From Myxococcales bacterium (GTDB lineage: Bacteria > Myxococcota_A > UBA9042 > JABWCM01 > BTVJ01): a stretch of 64,000 nt of DNA. This document shows positions 28,696-38,962 of the stretch, one piece after another. The notes under the pieces were generated by a model that saw only the letters and a list, made by a program, of their open reading frames with translations, was not told the origin of the DNA and made no database searches. Location of the stretch: assembly GCA_045863395.1 (NCBI GenBank), contig BTVJ01000009.1, positions 64,001-128,000 of the forward strand, given 5' to 3'. The position numbers and the translations under genes were made by a program. The first letter of the stretch is position 1; every line of letters begins with the position of its first letter.

Positions 28696-29307
28696 ATGAA
28701 GCGCTTCGACGAGCAGGTGGCGGAGAGGTTGCGGGCGGCGGTGGCGGCCGCCGAGGGGCGGAGCGACCTGGAGATCGTGTGCCGGGTCGTGCCTCGCTCC
28801 GGCGGGTGGCGGTCCTTGCCATGGGTCGTGGGGTGTGGCGTGGGGGTCGCGCTGCTTGCGCTTGTCCTGTTCGCGCCCTTCTCGGTGGATCCAGCGTGGG
28901 TGCTGCCGGAGGTGGTTCTCCCGGCGGCGGCCCTCGGGTGGGGTGTGTCGCGGTGGCCCTTGGCGCTGCGTGCCTTGGCGGGCGCCGGGCGCCTTGATGC
29001 GCGCGTGCTGGAGCGTGCGCAGGCGGAGATGGTGCGCGAGGCCGTCACCGCAACGCGCCGCGGCACGGGGGTGCTGGTCATGGCGTCCGTGCTGGAGGAC
29101 CGGGTCGTCACGCTGTTCGACCACCCGCTGCTCGGGCGCGCGCCGCGGGCGGAGTGGGAGGCGGCCGCGCTCAAGGGGCGAGGGCCCGGCGATCTGGTCG
29201 GGCGGATGCTGGCGGTCGTCGAGGCCGTCGGGGCCGTCGGGGCCCGCCACGTCCCCGCGCTCGACGACAACCCCAACGAGCTGCCCGACGAGCCGCGCAT
29301 CGGCTGA
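28696..29307 (+). CDS. TPM-domain-like membrane protein
   Basis: AVAAAEGRSDLEIV, two hydrophobic segments, T.RGTGVLV..S..E.RV, C-terminal DDNPNELPD. Confidence 0.7.
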   Translation: MKRFDEQVAERLRAAVAAAEGRSDLEIVCRVVPRSGGWRSLPWVVGCGVGVALLALVLFAPFSVDPAWVLPEVVLPAAALGWGVSRWPLALRALAGAGRLDARVLERAQAEMVREAVTATRRGTGVLVMASVLEDRVVTLFDHPLLGRAPRAEWEAAALKGRGPGDLVGRMLAVVEAVGAVGARHVPALDDNPNELPDEPRIG

Positions 29308-29380
29308 GGGGCGGGACGTCCGACGAACGACACAGGAGCCCAGCGGGGGAACGGCCGCCGGAGCACAGGAGGGGTTGCCC

Positions 29381-30559
29381 ATGGTCCGCTTCGTCCACGC
29401 CGCCGACCTGCACCTGGACACGCCCTTCGAGGGGCTCAGCCGCGTCGCCCCGGAGCTTCGCGAGCGGCTGGTCGATGCGAGCCTGCTCGCTCTCGACCGG
29501 CTGGTGGAGCTGACGTTGGCCGAGCGAGCCGAAGCGCTGCTGCTCGCGGGGGACGTCTACGACGGGGCGGAGCGGGGGCTGCGCGCCCAGCTCCGGCTGC
29601 TCGACGCGACGCGGCGCCTCTCTCGGGCAGGCGTGCGCGTGTTCATCGCCCACGGCAACCACGATCCCGTCGAGGAGGGCTGGTCGGCCGTGCGGCAGTG
29701 GCCGGACGGGGTCACGATCTTTCCGAGCGACCGCGTCGAGGTCCACCGGCTGGTCGCGCGGGACGGCACTCCGTTCACCGTGTCCGGCATCAGCTACCCG
29801 CGGCGGGACGTGCGTGAGAACCTGGCGGCGCTATTCCCCAGGGCGCAAGGCCCTGGCGTCCACATCGCCGTCCTGCACGCCAACGTGGGGTCCCAAGGGA
29901 ACCACGCCCCCTACAGCCCGTGCACCGTCGACGACCTGGCCCGCACGGGGCACCACTATTGGGCGCTCGGGCACATCCACCGGCACGCCTTGCTCCGGGC
30001 GGAGCCGGCCATCGTCTACCCCGGCGTCCTCCAGGGGCGGAGCTTCAAGCCGTCGGAGCTGGGCCCGAAAGGGGCCGTGGTCGTCGACGCGGGCCGGCGG
30101 TGCACCGTGCGCTTCGTGGAGCTGGCCCCGGTCCGCTTCGAGGTCGTGGAGGTGGACGCGGCTGCGTGCGACGACGTGGGGCAGGTGGCTGAGGCCCTGG
30201 CGGCTGCCGCGGAGGGGGGGCGGGTCCTGCGCGCCGTGGTGCGCGGCGCCACGCCAGCCTACGACGCCCTGAGCCGCCCGGAGGCAGGCGACGCGCTCCT
30301 GCGCGCCGTCTCGGACGCCACCCCCGGCGCATCTTGGGCGGACCTGCGCCTCGACGTGCGGCCACCCGTGGACCTGGACGGCCTCGCGGACCGGGGCGAC
30401 CTGCTCGGGGAGCTGGCGGCCCAGGCAGCCGGGCTGAGCGCCGACGACGTGCGCGCCCTGCTGGGCGCCGAGGCGGGGCTCCTCGGGCATGACGTGGGCG
30501 ACCACGCGGAGCTGGTGCGGCGCGCGGCCTGCCTCGCGATCACGCTGCTGGAGGAGTGA
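29381..30559 (+). CDS. Mre11/SbcD-like (YhaO-type) metallophosphoesterase nuclease
   Basis: HAADLHLD, AGDVYD, GNHD, YWALGHIH, YPG.LQGR. Confidence 0.9.
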   Translation: MVRFVHAADLHLDTPFEGLSRVAPELRERLVDASLLALDRLVELTLAERAEALLLAGDVYDGAERGLRAQLRLLDATRRLSRAGVRVFIAHGNHDPVEEGWSAVRQWPDGVTIFPSDRVEVHRLVARDGTPFTVSGISYPRRDVRENLAALFPRAQGPGVHIAVLHANVGSQGNHAPYSPCTVDDLARTGHHYWALGHIHRHALLRAEPAIVYPGVLQGRSFKPSELGPKGAVVVDAGRRCTVRFVELAPVRFEVVEVDAAACDDVGQVAEALAAAAEGGRVLRAVVRGATPAYDALSRPEAGDALLRAVSDATPGASWADLRLDVRPPVDLDGLADRGDLLGELAAQAAGLSADDVRALLGAEAGLLGHDVGDHAELVRRAACLAITLLEE

Positions 30560-30560
30560 C

Positions 30561-33500
30561 GTGCGGATCCTCGGGTGGCACATCGACGGCTTCGGTCACT
30601 TCCAGGGCCACACGCAGCGGGACCTGGGCGCTGGCCTGACGGTCCTCTACGGCCCCAACGAGGCCGGCAAGTCCACGCTGCTGGAGTTCTTCCTCTACGT
30701 GCTGTTCGGCCCGGGGAGGCCGCGGCCCACGCCTCTCGCCGGGGGGAGGCTCGGGGGGCGCCTGTTCCTGGAGGACGGAGGACAACGCCTGGAGCTGGAG
30801 CGCCTGGACGCGCCGCCGGTGCTGCGCGGCGGGGGCGCCGTCCTCACGGGGGACGACGCCGTCCGGGATCGCCTCGGCGGCACGGACCGGGCCCTGTTCC
30901 GCGCGGTGTTCGCGTTCTCGTTGGCCGACCTGACGGGCCTCGACGGCCTCGGCGACGACCAGCTCCGGGACCGGCTCTGGAGCGGCGCCATCGCGGGGGC
31001 CGGCCGCAGCGTGCGCAACGCGAGGAGGGACCTCGACGCCCGCCAGGAGCGCCTGTGGCGGCCGCGGTCCGGGTGCATCATCAAGGACCTCCAGGCCGAG
31101 CTGCGTGCCCTGGACGAGCGCCTCGGCCGGGCGCGAGACCAGGCCCGGCGCGTGCGGGAGCTCCGAGACGAGGTCGGGCGCCTGGAGGACGAGGCGGCCG
31201 GGAGGCGCAGGGGCGCGGACGCCGCGCGGCGCGCCACGCAGCGCTGGGAGGGGCTCGAGCGCGCGTTCCCGCACCACGCCTCGGCCGTGGAGGCGCTGCG
31301 CGCCATGGAGGCCCTCCCGGCGCGGGTGCTGCCCCCGGGGCTGCGCGACGAGCTCGGGCGCCTGCGCCTCGACGAGGCTCGGGCCCGCGCTGCCCTGGCG
31401 GACGCCGAGCGGCGGGCGGAGCAGGCCCGCACCGACCTGGCGGCGCTGGGGGACGACCCGCCCATCCTTGCGCTCGCGGAGCGGGTCCAGAGCGCCGCGG
31501 AGCATCGCCCTCACCTCGGGCTCGGCGACGCAGCGCCCGTGCAGGCCGAGCTCGCCGCGGCGAGGGGGCGGCTCCGCGAGGCGCTGGCCGCGGCGGGGCT
31601 CTCCGACGCGGCGGCGCTGGTGCCCCTGAGCCCAGCACAGGTGGAGCGCCTCCGGGACGCGGCCCGCCGCGCCATGGACGCGGAGGCGGCCCGCGTGCGC
31701 CTCGCTGACGCCGACGCCCGCGTCACGGCGGCGGAGCGGGAGCTCGCGCGGCGCGCGGAGCGCCGCGACGCCCTCCCCCTGGACCCCGACACGGAGGCGG
31801 CGGCCCCCTCCGTCCATGCGCTGCTGGCCGACGAGCCTCGGGCGCAGCGGGCCGCGGCGCGGGTCCGGGAGCTGGACGGGACGCTGGCGAGGGCACGAGC
31901 GGAGCGGGAGGAGGCGATGCGTGCCTTTGGCGGGTGGGCGCCCGCCGGCGGCGAACGCGTCGACCTGACGAGCGTGGACGCCGTGCGCGCCGCGGCCTCG
32001 GCCTGGAGCGTCGCCGCCACCCGGCGCGCCAGCGAGGTCGCCGCGGCAAGCCGGCTCCTCGCGCAGCGGGAGCGTGAGCTGGAGGAGGCGTCGCGGGCCC
32101 TCGTCGCCCTCCCCGCGGCGCCGCCAACACCGGCCTTGGAGGAGACCCTCCGGTCCCTGGAGGCGCGGGCGGAGGGCGCCACGCGCGCCTTCCACCGGGC
32201 CGTCGGCGCCGATGAGGCGGGAGGCCGGGCCGCCGAGCGGCTCAGCATCGCGCTGACCGACCTGGGGCGCTGGTCCGCCCCGTTCGATGCCGCCACCGCC
32301 GGGGCTCGGGCCGTCGGCTCCGGCGCAGGGGGGGGCCGCGAGAGCGACGGGCTCCACGAGGGCGGCGCGGGCGCCTGGCCCGAGGCGCGGCTCGCGGCGA
32401 TCCGGCTCGATGCGGCCCACGAGGCGCGCCTCGCGGGTGCAGCGAGCGCCCTGCGAGAGGCCAGCGCAGCCCGGGAGCGCGCCACCCACGACGCGCACAC
32501 CCGCCGGGAGGACCGGCGGGCCCTGGGAGCGGCCCCGCCCGAGGTTCCCGACCTGGCCCCCCTGCGCGAGCGAGCGACCGCGCTGGCGTGGGCCGAGGTC
32601 GCCGTCCGGGAGCGGGAGGAGGCGCGCCGTGGGGCCAACGGTGGGCCGGCGTGGGTCCGCCCCGTCGGCCTCGCCATCGCCGCGTCCTTGCTCCTCGCCG
32701 CCGTACCCGTCGCCCTGGCGGGCCTGATCCCCGGCGCCATCGTGATGCTCGCCGGGGCCGTCGCGCTCGGCGCCCTCGCATGGCGCTCCGGCCCCCGCGC
32801 TGACGCCGACGCCCCGGAGCGCGCCGCCCGGGAGGCGCTCACGCGAGCCGGCCTGCCGCCGGACGCCGGCCCCGCGGTCATCACCCGGGCGCGGGCCGAG
32901 GTAGAGCAGGCGCTGGCCGAGGGGACGGTGGCCGCGGCTCGTGCCGCGCAGGTGGCCGCGGCCGAGCGCCAGGTGGCGGACGCAGAGCGCCGCCTCGCAG
33001 GCGCGGTGGCCACCGAGAGCGAGGCGCGGAGCGCGTGGGAGCGCGCCCTCGCCCACGCGACCCTCCCGCCAGTGGCGCCGGAGAGCCTCACCGAGCTGGT
33101 CGCCGGCGTCAGAGGGGCGCGCGAGCTCATGGCAGAGCGCGACGTCCAGCGGCGCGTCGCGGCCGAGGCGCGCCGCGAGTGGGACGCGTGGGCCCGCGAG
33201 GCCGCCGTCTCCGGGACGGTGCCCTCCGATCCGACCCTCGGCGCCCGCCTCCTGGAGGAGCTGCGCCAGGGAGCCCGCGCCAGCCGGGAGGCGGCCGCCA
33301 CGCGGCGCCGCCAGGAGCAGGCGGTGGACATGGCTCGCTCCGCCCAGGAGGCAGCATCCCAGGCGCTGCGGGTGGCGGACTCCGACGGAGGGGCGGCGCG
33401 GCTCGAGTCCCAAGCGCGAGCGCGGGCCACGGAGGCAGGGGTGCCGCCCCAGGTCCCCCTGGAGGGGGCGGCAGACTGGCTCTCCCGCGCCGCTGCGCTG

Positions 33501-35228
33501 CGCGCCATGGACGGCCACCTCGCCGGCCTGGCCGCGGACCGGGAGCAGGCACAGGCAGAGCTCGCCGCCTGGACGGAGCGCGCTGAGGCGCTCGCGTGGC
33601 TGGGAGCGCCGGATGCCGCCACCCGCCGCTGCGAGGACGCGGCGAGGCTGCGCGAGACCTGGCGCCGCGCGGACCAGGAGGTGGCCGCCGCAGCGAGGAG
33701 CGCGGACGACGCGCGAGCGGTCAGAGAAGAGGTGGCGGCCGTGGATCTCGTCTCGGGCCCGGCCGCGTGGGACGCGCAGCGCGCTGCCTGCCGCCTGCCG
33801 GCGCTGGATCCGCGGCAGCTCGAGTCCACTCTCGACGCCGTGAGCCGAGCGCAGGGCGCCCTCGACGACGTGGCGCGGCTGGAGGGCGTGGCCGAGGCAA
33901 CGCGGCTCCGGGTCGAGGCCTTCGTCGCCGAGGTGACGGAGCTTGCGCACGCCCTGGGCCGTGCCGCCCCCCTGGAGGCGGACGCGGCCAGGTTCTCTGC
34001 GGCGCTCTCCCGCGAGCTGGCCGCCGCGCGGGAGGAGGCCGCCCGCCGGGACGCGGCCCGCGCGCGCGTCGCCTCGGAGGCGAGCAGCGTCGAGCAGGCG
34101 CAGCGGGCGCTCCACCAGTCAGAGCGGGAGCTCCTGGCGCTCCGCGACACGGCGGGAGCACCGAGCGTGGACGCCATCGAGGGCCTGCTCGTGGACATCG
34201 AGCGCCGCCGCCAGCTCCAGGAGCAAGCGGACGCGGCCCGGACCGCCGTGCGGGAGGCGCTGGGCCCGTGGGCGGACGACCCGGAGACGCTCGAGCTGCT
34301 CTCCGCGGGGGACCGCGCGGCCTGGGCGGCCGCTGCCGAGGAGGCGCGCGGGGAGCTGGCCACTGCGGAGTCGGACCGGGACCGGGCCATCGAGGAGCGG
34401 ACCCGCCTCCGCCACGAGCTCGAAGCCCTGGAGAGGACGGACGAGATCGCCGCCGGCGAGGCGCGCCGTGGCGAGGTCCTGGCGCAGCTCGCGGACGCGC
34501 GACGGGAGCTGGCCGACGTCGTGCTCGCCGCGGCGCTCCTGGAGCGGACCCTCAAGCGGTTCCGCGAGGCGCACCAGCCGGCGGTGCTCCGCGCGGCCGG
34601 GCAGCACCTGCGCACGGCGACCGGTGGGACCTACGTGGCGGTGGAGGCGACCGAGGACGGCCGGGAGCTGGTGGTGGTGGACGCGGCGGGGGGCCGGCGG
34701 ACCAGCGCCCAGCTCAGCCGCGGCACCGCGGAGCTGCTCTACGTCGTGCTGCGCCTCGGCCTGGCCGCGGACCGCGCGACGCACGGGGCCTTGCCTCTGG
34801 TGCTCGACGACGCCCTGGTCAACCTGGACCCGGACCGGGCGACGGGCATGGCGCGCCTCCTGGCCTCGGTGGCCGAGCGGCACCAGGTCCTCGTCCTGAC
34901 CTGCCGCCCCGAGACGCGCGCGCTGCTCGCGGCCGCCGGAGCGGCGGTGGTGGAGCTCCCGCGCTTCGCGGGTCGCGAGCACCCGGTGGCGAGCCCGACG
35001 AGCGCGGCGACCGTCTCGGAGGCCCCGAGCAGCCACGCGGCCGCCATCCTCGCCGTCCTCCCGGACGAGGCGCCGGGCCTGCGCCGGGACGACATCCTGG
35101 AGCGCGCCGGCGTCCACGGAGACCACTGGCAGCGCGCCATCGGGCAGCTCAAGGACCAGGGGCTCGTCGTGGTCCACGGCAAGGCAAAGGGCACGAGCTA
35201 CACGCGGAGCCAGGTCGCCGTCCCGTGA
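30561..35228 (+). CDS. YhaN-like SMC/Rad50-type coiled-coil ATPase
   Basis: YGPNEAGKST Walker A, long coiled coil with two TM segments, QLSRGT signature, LVLDDALVNLD Walker B; GTG 1 nt after the upstream stop. Confidence 0.9.
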   Translation: MRILGWHIDGFGHFQGHTQRDLGAGLTVLYGPNEAGKSTLLEFFLYVLFGPGRPRPTPLAGGRLGGRLFLEDGGQRLELERLDAPPVLRGGGAVLTGDDAVRDRLGGTDRALFRAVFAFSLADLTGLDGLGDDQLRDRLWSGAIAGAGRSVRNARRDLDARQERLWRPRSGCIIKDLQAELRALDERLGRARDQARRVRELRDEVGRLEDEAAGRRRGADAARRATQRWEGLERAFPHHASAVEALRAMEALPARVLPPGLRDELGRLRLDEARARAALADAERRAEQARTDLAALGDDPPILALAERVQSAAEHRPHLGLGDAAPVQAELAAARGRLREALAAAGLSDAAALVPLSPAQVERLRDAARRAMDAEAARVRLADADARVTAAERELARRAERRDALPLDPDTEAAAPSVHALLADEPRAQRAAARVRELDGTLARARAEREEAMRAFGGWAPAGGERVDLTSVDAVRAAASAWSVAATRRASEVAAASRLLAQRERELEEASRALVALPAAPPTPALEETLRSLEARAEGATRAFHRAVGADEAGGRAAERLSIALTDLGRWSAPFDAATAGARAVGSGAGGGRESDGLHEGGAGAWPEARLAAIRLDAAHEARLAGAASALREASAARERATHDAHTRREDRRALGAAPPEVPDLAPLRERATALAWAEVAVREREEARRGANGGPAWVRPVGLAIAASLLLAAVPVALAGLIPGAIVMLAGAVALGALAWRSGPRADADAPERAAREALTRAGLPPDAGPAVITRARAEVEQALAEGTVAAARAAQVAAAERQVADAERRLAGAVATESEARSAWERALAHATLPPVAPESLTELVAGVRGARELMAERDVQRRVAAEARREWDAWAREAAVSGTVPSDPTLGARLLEELRQGARASREAAATRRRQEQAVDMARSAQEAASQALRVADSDGGAARLESQARARATEAGVPPQVPLEGAADWLSRAAALRAMDGHLAGLAADREQAQAELAAWTERAEALAWLGAPDAATRRCEDAARLRETWRRADQEVAAAARSADDARAVREEVAAVDLVSGPAAWDAQRAACRLPALDPRQLESTLDAVSRAQGALDDVARLEGVAEATRLRVEAFVAEVTELAHALGRAAPLEADAARFSAALSRELAAAREEAARRDAARARVASEASSVEQAQRALHQSERELLALRDTAGAPSVDAIEGLLVDIERRRQLQEQADAARTAVREALGPWADDPETLELLSAGDRAAWAAAAEEARGELATAESDRDRAIEERTRLRHELEALERTDEIAAGEARRGEVLAQLADARRELADVVLAAALLERTLKRFREAHQPAVLRAAGQHLRTATGGTYVAVEATEDGRELVVVDAAGGRRTSAQLSRGTAELLYVVLRLGLAADRATHGALPLVLDDALVNLDPDRATGMARLLASVAERHQVLVLTCRPETRALLAAAGAAVVELPRFAGREHPVASPTSAATVSEAPSSHAAAILAVLPDEAPGLRRDDILERAGVHGDHWQRAIGQLKDQGLVVVHGKAKGTSYTRSQVAVP

Positions 35229-35268
35229 GCCGAGGGGTGATCGACGTCCCCCGGTGGCGCTGCCGCCC

Positions 35269-36537
35269 TCAGAACGACACGAGGAGCGAGGTGTCGCGCA
35301 CCGCCATGAGGTCACGGACGACCGCGCGGCCCTCGTGGGTGAACCGGAGGCGGTGGCGGCCGTAGGGGACCGCGGCCTTGCAGGGGGTCGTGCAGGTGCC
35401 GCCGCCGGGGAGCTGGACGGTGGCGCCCTGGGGGCTGCTGTCCAGGGTGAGCTCCGCCGTGCCTGCCACGGGGACCGGGAGGACCTCCACGCCCCCGGCG
35501 GGCTCCGGGTCGATGCCGGAGGGGTCAGGCAGAGGGCGCGGCTCGGGCGCGAGCACGGGCGCCGCCGGGGACACCGCCTCCACCGCGGGCGGACTGGCCG
35601 CCGGGGCGCTCGGCCCCACGCTGGCCACTCCAGCCATGAACGCGACGACGGCCCCCGCCGCCAGGAACACGCCGGACGCGCCAAGGACGACCACCGCCGC
35701 CCGGCGCCGGGACTGCGGGTGCCCCGGCTCCTGCCGCGTCGCGGGGACCTCGGGGCCATCGAGCAGCGCGAGCGCCTCCCGCGGGTCCGAGAGGCGCTCG
35801 CCCAGCCCCGGCGCGGTCATGCGCTCGAGGACGCCGGCGACTCGGGCCGGCAGGCGCAGCATGCGGCGGACGTCCACCCGCCCGGTCGCCGGGTCCACGT
35901 CGAACCGCGCCGGATCCCGGCGTGTCGCCAGCGCGACGAAGGTCATGCCGAGGCCGTACATATCGGAGGCAGGCTCGGCCCGCCCCAGGATCTGCTCCGG
36001 GGCCATGTACCCGAAGGTGCCGACGGAGGTGAGCGCCGTGCTGTCCGCCAGCGCCCACTTCACGGAGCCGAAGTCGATGAGGAAGGCGCGCCCGTTCGCG
36101 AGCATCACGTTGCGAGGGGAGACGTCGCGGTGGACCACCGGCGGCACGCGCTCCCGCAGATAAGCAAGGATCTCGAGGCAGCAGCGCAGCGCCCCCTCCA
36201 GCTCGGCGCGGGACAGGGGCGCACCCCCGTCGATGAGCGCCTGGGCGGTCTGGCCCTCCACGAAGGTCTGCACCAGCGCGGTGACTCCGCCCTCCTCCCC
36301 GATGGCGTCCACGTAGCGGGGGATCCCTGGGTGATCGAGGGACCGCAGGAGGCGCGCCTCCCGCTGGAAGAGGTCGACCACCTTCCAGTCCGTCAGGTGC
36401 TGGAGGTGCAGCTCCTTCAGCACCGCGAGCCCGCCCGTGGAGCCCACGCGCACGAGGGACGTGCAGCCGGACGCCCCCCGGCCCAGCTCCCGCAGGACCT
36501 CGTAGGAGTCGGTGCTGGACTGGACGACGCGGCTCAT
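35269..36537 (-). CDS. Ser/Thr protein kinase with TM segment and PEGA domain
   Basis: LGRGASG, AVLKEL, HRDVSPRN, DFG, GTFGYMAPE; C-terminal LDSSPQGATV...TP. Confidence 0.9.
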   Translation of the reverse strand: MSRVVQSSTDSYEVLRELGRGASGCTSLVRVGSTGGLAVLKELHLQHLTDWKVVDLFQREARLLRSLDHPGIPRYVDAIGEEGGVTALVQTFVEGQTAQALIDGGAPLSRAELEGALRCCLEILAYLRERVPPVVHRDVSPRNVMLANGRAFLIDFGSVKWALADSTALTSVGTFGYMAPEQILGRAEPASDMYGLGMTFVALATRRDPARFDVDPATGRVDVRRMLRLPARVAGVLERMTAPGLGERLSDPREALALLDGPEVPATRQEPGHPQSRRRAAVVVLGASGVFLAAGAVVAFMAGVASVGPSAPAASPPAVEAVSPAAPVLAPEPRPLPDPSGIDPEPAGGVEVLPVPVAGTAELTLDSSPQGATVQLPGGGTCTTPCKAAVPYGRHRLRFTHEGRAVVRDLMAVRDTSLLVSF

Positions 36538-36660
36538 CGCACATCCGCGGCGCTCGCCACGTGGCGGGGGCCTCTGCTATGCTCCGGCGCCGCGGCGGCT
36601 CCCCAAGCATTGGGGCCTGGCGGCTCGCAGATTCTGGCACCCCACGTAGGAGCGGACAAG

Positions 36661-37296
36661 ATGAACGACCTCAAGGCCCGCGCACTGCGGGCGCCTCGCC
36701 TCTTCGGGAGCGCTGCCCTGGGCGGAGCGCTGATCCTGGCGCTGCTCGGCGGCTGCAAGGGCGACGCGCCGAAGACGACACCTCCCCCCGCCAAGCCCGG
36801 CGCCGCGGCCAAGGCGCCGGAGGCCGCGCCCACGGAGGACAAGTTCGCCATCGACCTGACCAGCGGCTACACGGGCTGCTACAAGCAGTACGAGGTCAAC
36901 GGCACCATCGACGGCAAGCTGGCCATCACGGTGACCAAGGACGGCAAGCCGGCGGACGTCTCCTACCAGGGCAGCGCCCCGGAGCCCGTCAGGGCGTGCC
37001 TCGTCAACCTGGCGCGGGCGCGGCGCCTCCTCGGGTACACCGGGGAGCCCGGCCTGGCGACCTTCGAGTACAGCGGCACCTACCAGAACGGCATGGAGAT
37101 GCTGTCGACGAGCTGGGCGTTCAAGCGCTTGAGCGCGCTGCCGCCGGAGACTCGCGCCGCCATCGAGGAGAGCCTGGCACCCAAGGCGCCTGCGGATGGC
37201 CCGAAGGAGGGCGCCCCCGCTGAGGCCCCTGCCCCGACCGAGCCCGCCCCGGCTGACCCTGCCCCGGCTGAGACTCCCGAGGCCCCCGCCCCCTGA
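36661..37296 (+). CDS. Hypothetical lipoprotein (TonB-C/AgmX-C-like core possible)
   Basis: Lipobox LLGGC; CY...G.L.ITV..DGK...C pattern; Pro/Ala/Glu-rich tail. Confidence 0.65.
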   Translation: MNDLKARALRAPRLFGSAALGGALILALLGGCKGDAPKTTPPPAKPGAAAKAPEAAPTEDKFAIDLTSGYTGCYKQYEVNGTIDGKLAITVTKDGKPADVSYQGSAPEPVRACLVNLARARRLLGYTGEPGLATFEYSGTYQNGMEMLSTSWAFKRLSALPPETRAAIEESLAPKAPADGPKEGAPAEAPAPTEPAPADPAPAETPEAPAP

Positions 37297-37330
37297 GCCG
37301 TCCTGCCTGCCCTCGCTGCCAGCCCCGTGC

Positions 37331-38752
37331 CTACGGGCACTCCCCGCACAGCGAACACGCATCCTCGCAGCAGTCGCCGAACGAGACGCACATCTCGTCG
37401 CACCAGCAGCCGCTCGCCGACTGGCCGCCGCAGGCCCCGGCGCAGGTGCCGAGGACCGGGCAGCCCAGGCCGCACTCGCCGACCTCCCCGACACACAGGC
37501 TGTCCCATGCGGTCTCGCAACAGAAGGCATCGAGGGCGCACACGCAGGTCTGCACGGCCTGGTCGTCGCAGCCCGGCACCTCCGTGGGCACGCAGCAGCT
37601 CGACGCCGTGCCCGGCTTGCACTGCTGGTCGACGGTGCACGCCTGCCCGGCCGGGCACGTCCCACACGACCCACCGCACCCGTCGCTTCCACAGGCCTTG
37701 CCATCGCAGGCTGGCTTGCACACCGCGGCCTCGCACTTCCCACCGGCGGAGCACACCTTGCCCGCCGCGCACGTGCCGCACACGCCGCCACAGCCGTCGT
37801 GGCCGCAGTCCTTGCCGCTGCACGCCGGGATGCAGGCCTCCTCGCACGCGCCGTCCTTGCACAGGAAGCCTGACTCGCAGGTCCCGCACACGCCGCCGCA
37901 GCCGTCGGGGCCGCACTCCTTGCCGCCGCAGACGGGGGCACAGACACCCGGCTCGCAGCTCGCGGCCTTGCACACCTCCCCGCCGCCGCAGGTGCCGCAC
38001 ACGCCGCCGCAACCGTCCTCGCCGCACTCCTTGCCGTCGCAGGTCGGCGTACACCCAAGCTCGCAGTGCCCAGCGAGGCTGCACTTGAAGCCCTCGGCGC
38101 AGGTGCCGCACTTGCCGCCGCAGCCGTCGTCGCCGCACTGGACTCCGGTGCAGTCCGGCGTGCAGGGGGCGGGCCCGCAGGTGCCGTGGGCCCCGCAGAC
38201 GTCGGTGCCCGTACACTCGCCGCAGCTCCCGCCGCAGCCGTCGTCGCCGCAGTCCTTGCCCGCGCATGACGGGTCACAGCCCCCGGTGCAGACCCCCGCG
38301 TCGCAGCTCCACCCGGTCGGGCAGCTCCCGCAGGAGCCCCCGCACCCGTCGTCGCCGCAGGCCTTGCCAGCGCAGGCGGGGGCGCAGGTCGTGACGCAGA
38401 GCCCCGCCGCGGAGCACGCCTCGCCGGACTCGCAGTCCCCGCAGGACCCGCCGCAGCCGTCGTCGCCACAGTCGCGCCCGACGCAGGCGGGGGTGCACGT
38501 GGCGACGCACTCGCCGTCCGCGGAGCACACGCCCTGGGCGCAGTCCCCGCAGGATCCGCCGCAGCCGTCGTCGCCGCAGACCCGCCCCTCGCACGAGGAC
38601 ACGCAGGCCGCCACGTCCTCCCCGGGGGTCGTCGCCACGTCACCGGCGCCGGCGCCCCCTATGTCCACCATGGTGTTGCCGGTGGTCTCCTCTTCGCAAG
38701 CGGCGCCGCAGAGGGCAAGGGCGATGGTCAGAGCAAGGGAACGTGCGCGCAT
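37331..38752 (-). CDS. Cys-rich repeat lipoprotein (9 x CGxDGCGGxCGxC) with C-terminal somatomedin-B-like domain
   Basis: Lipoprotein signal ...LCGAAC; nine repeats counted; C-terminal CAGACGG...CWCDEMCVSFGDCCED. Confidence 0.85.
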   Translation of the reverse strand: MRARSLALTIALALCGAACEEETTGNTMVDIGGAGAGDVATTPGEDVAACVSSCEGRVCGDDGCGGSCGDCAQGVCSADGECVATCTPACVGRDCGDDGCGGSCGDCESGEACSAAGLCVTTCAPACAGKACGDDGCGGSCGSCPTGWSCDAGVCTGGCDPSCAGKDCGDDGCGGSCGECTGTDVCGAHGTCGPAPCTPDCTGVQCGDDGCGGKCGTCAEGFKCSLAGHCELGCTPTCDGKECGEDGCGGVCGTCGGGEVCKAASCEPGVCAPVCGGKECGPDGCGGVCGTCESGFLCKDGACEEACIPACSGKDCGHDGCGGVCGTCAAGKVCSAGGKCEAAVCKPACDGKACGSDGCGGSCGTCPAGQACTVDQQCKPGTASSCCVPTEVPGCDDQAVQTCVCALDAFCCETAWDSLCVGEVGECGLGCPVLGTCAGACGGQSASGCWCDEMCVSFGDCCEDACSLCGECP

Positions 38753-38962
38753 GACGGGGACCTCCGGGTTCCAGGTTCGCGACTGGCGGGGGAAACCTCG
38801 CGCAATTCGGGGCTCGGCGCAAGAGCGATCCACCGGGCGATCCTTCCGTCCGAGCCTCGACCGCGCGCCCCGTCGTATCCGTTCGCATCCGATTTCGCTT
38901 GTCGGCGCGGCCGCGCCGGACCACCCTCGGCCCGTGTCCCTGCTGCCCGAGAGGAGGCGCCG

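Noticed and set aside
37600..38620. Regularly spaced DNA repeats (GCCGCAGCCGTCGTCGCCGCA-like) that could mimic a CRISPR array; similar repeats at 60900-63500
   Set aside because: They are degenerate at third codon positions, encode Cys-rich protein repeats in frame, and there are no cas genes.
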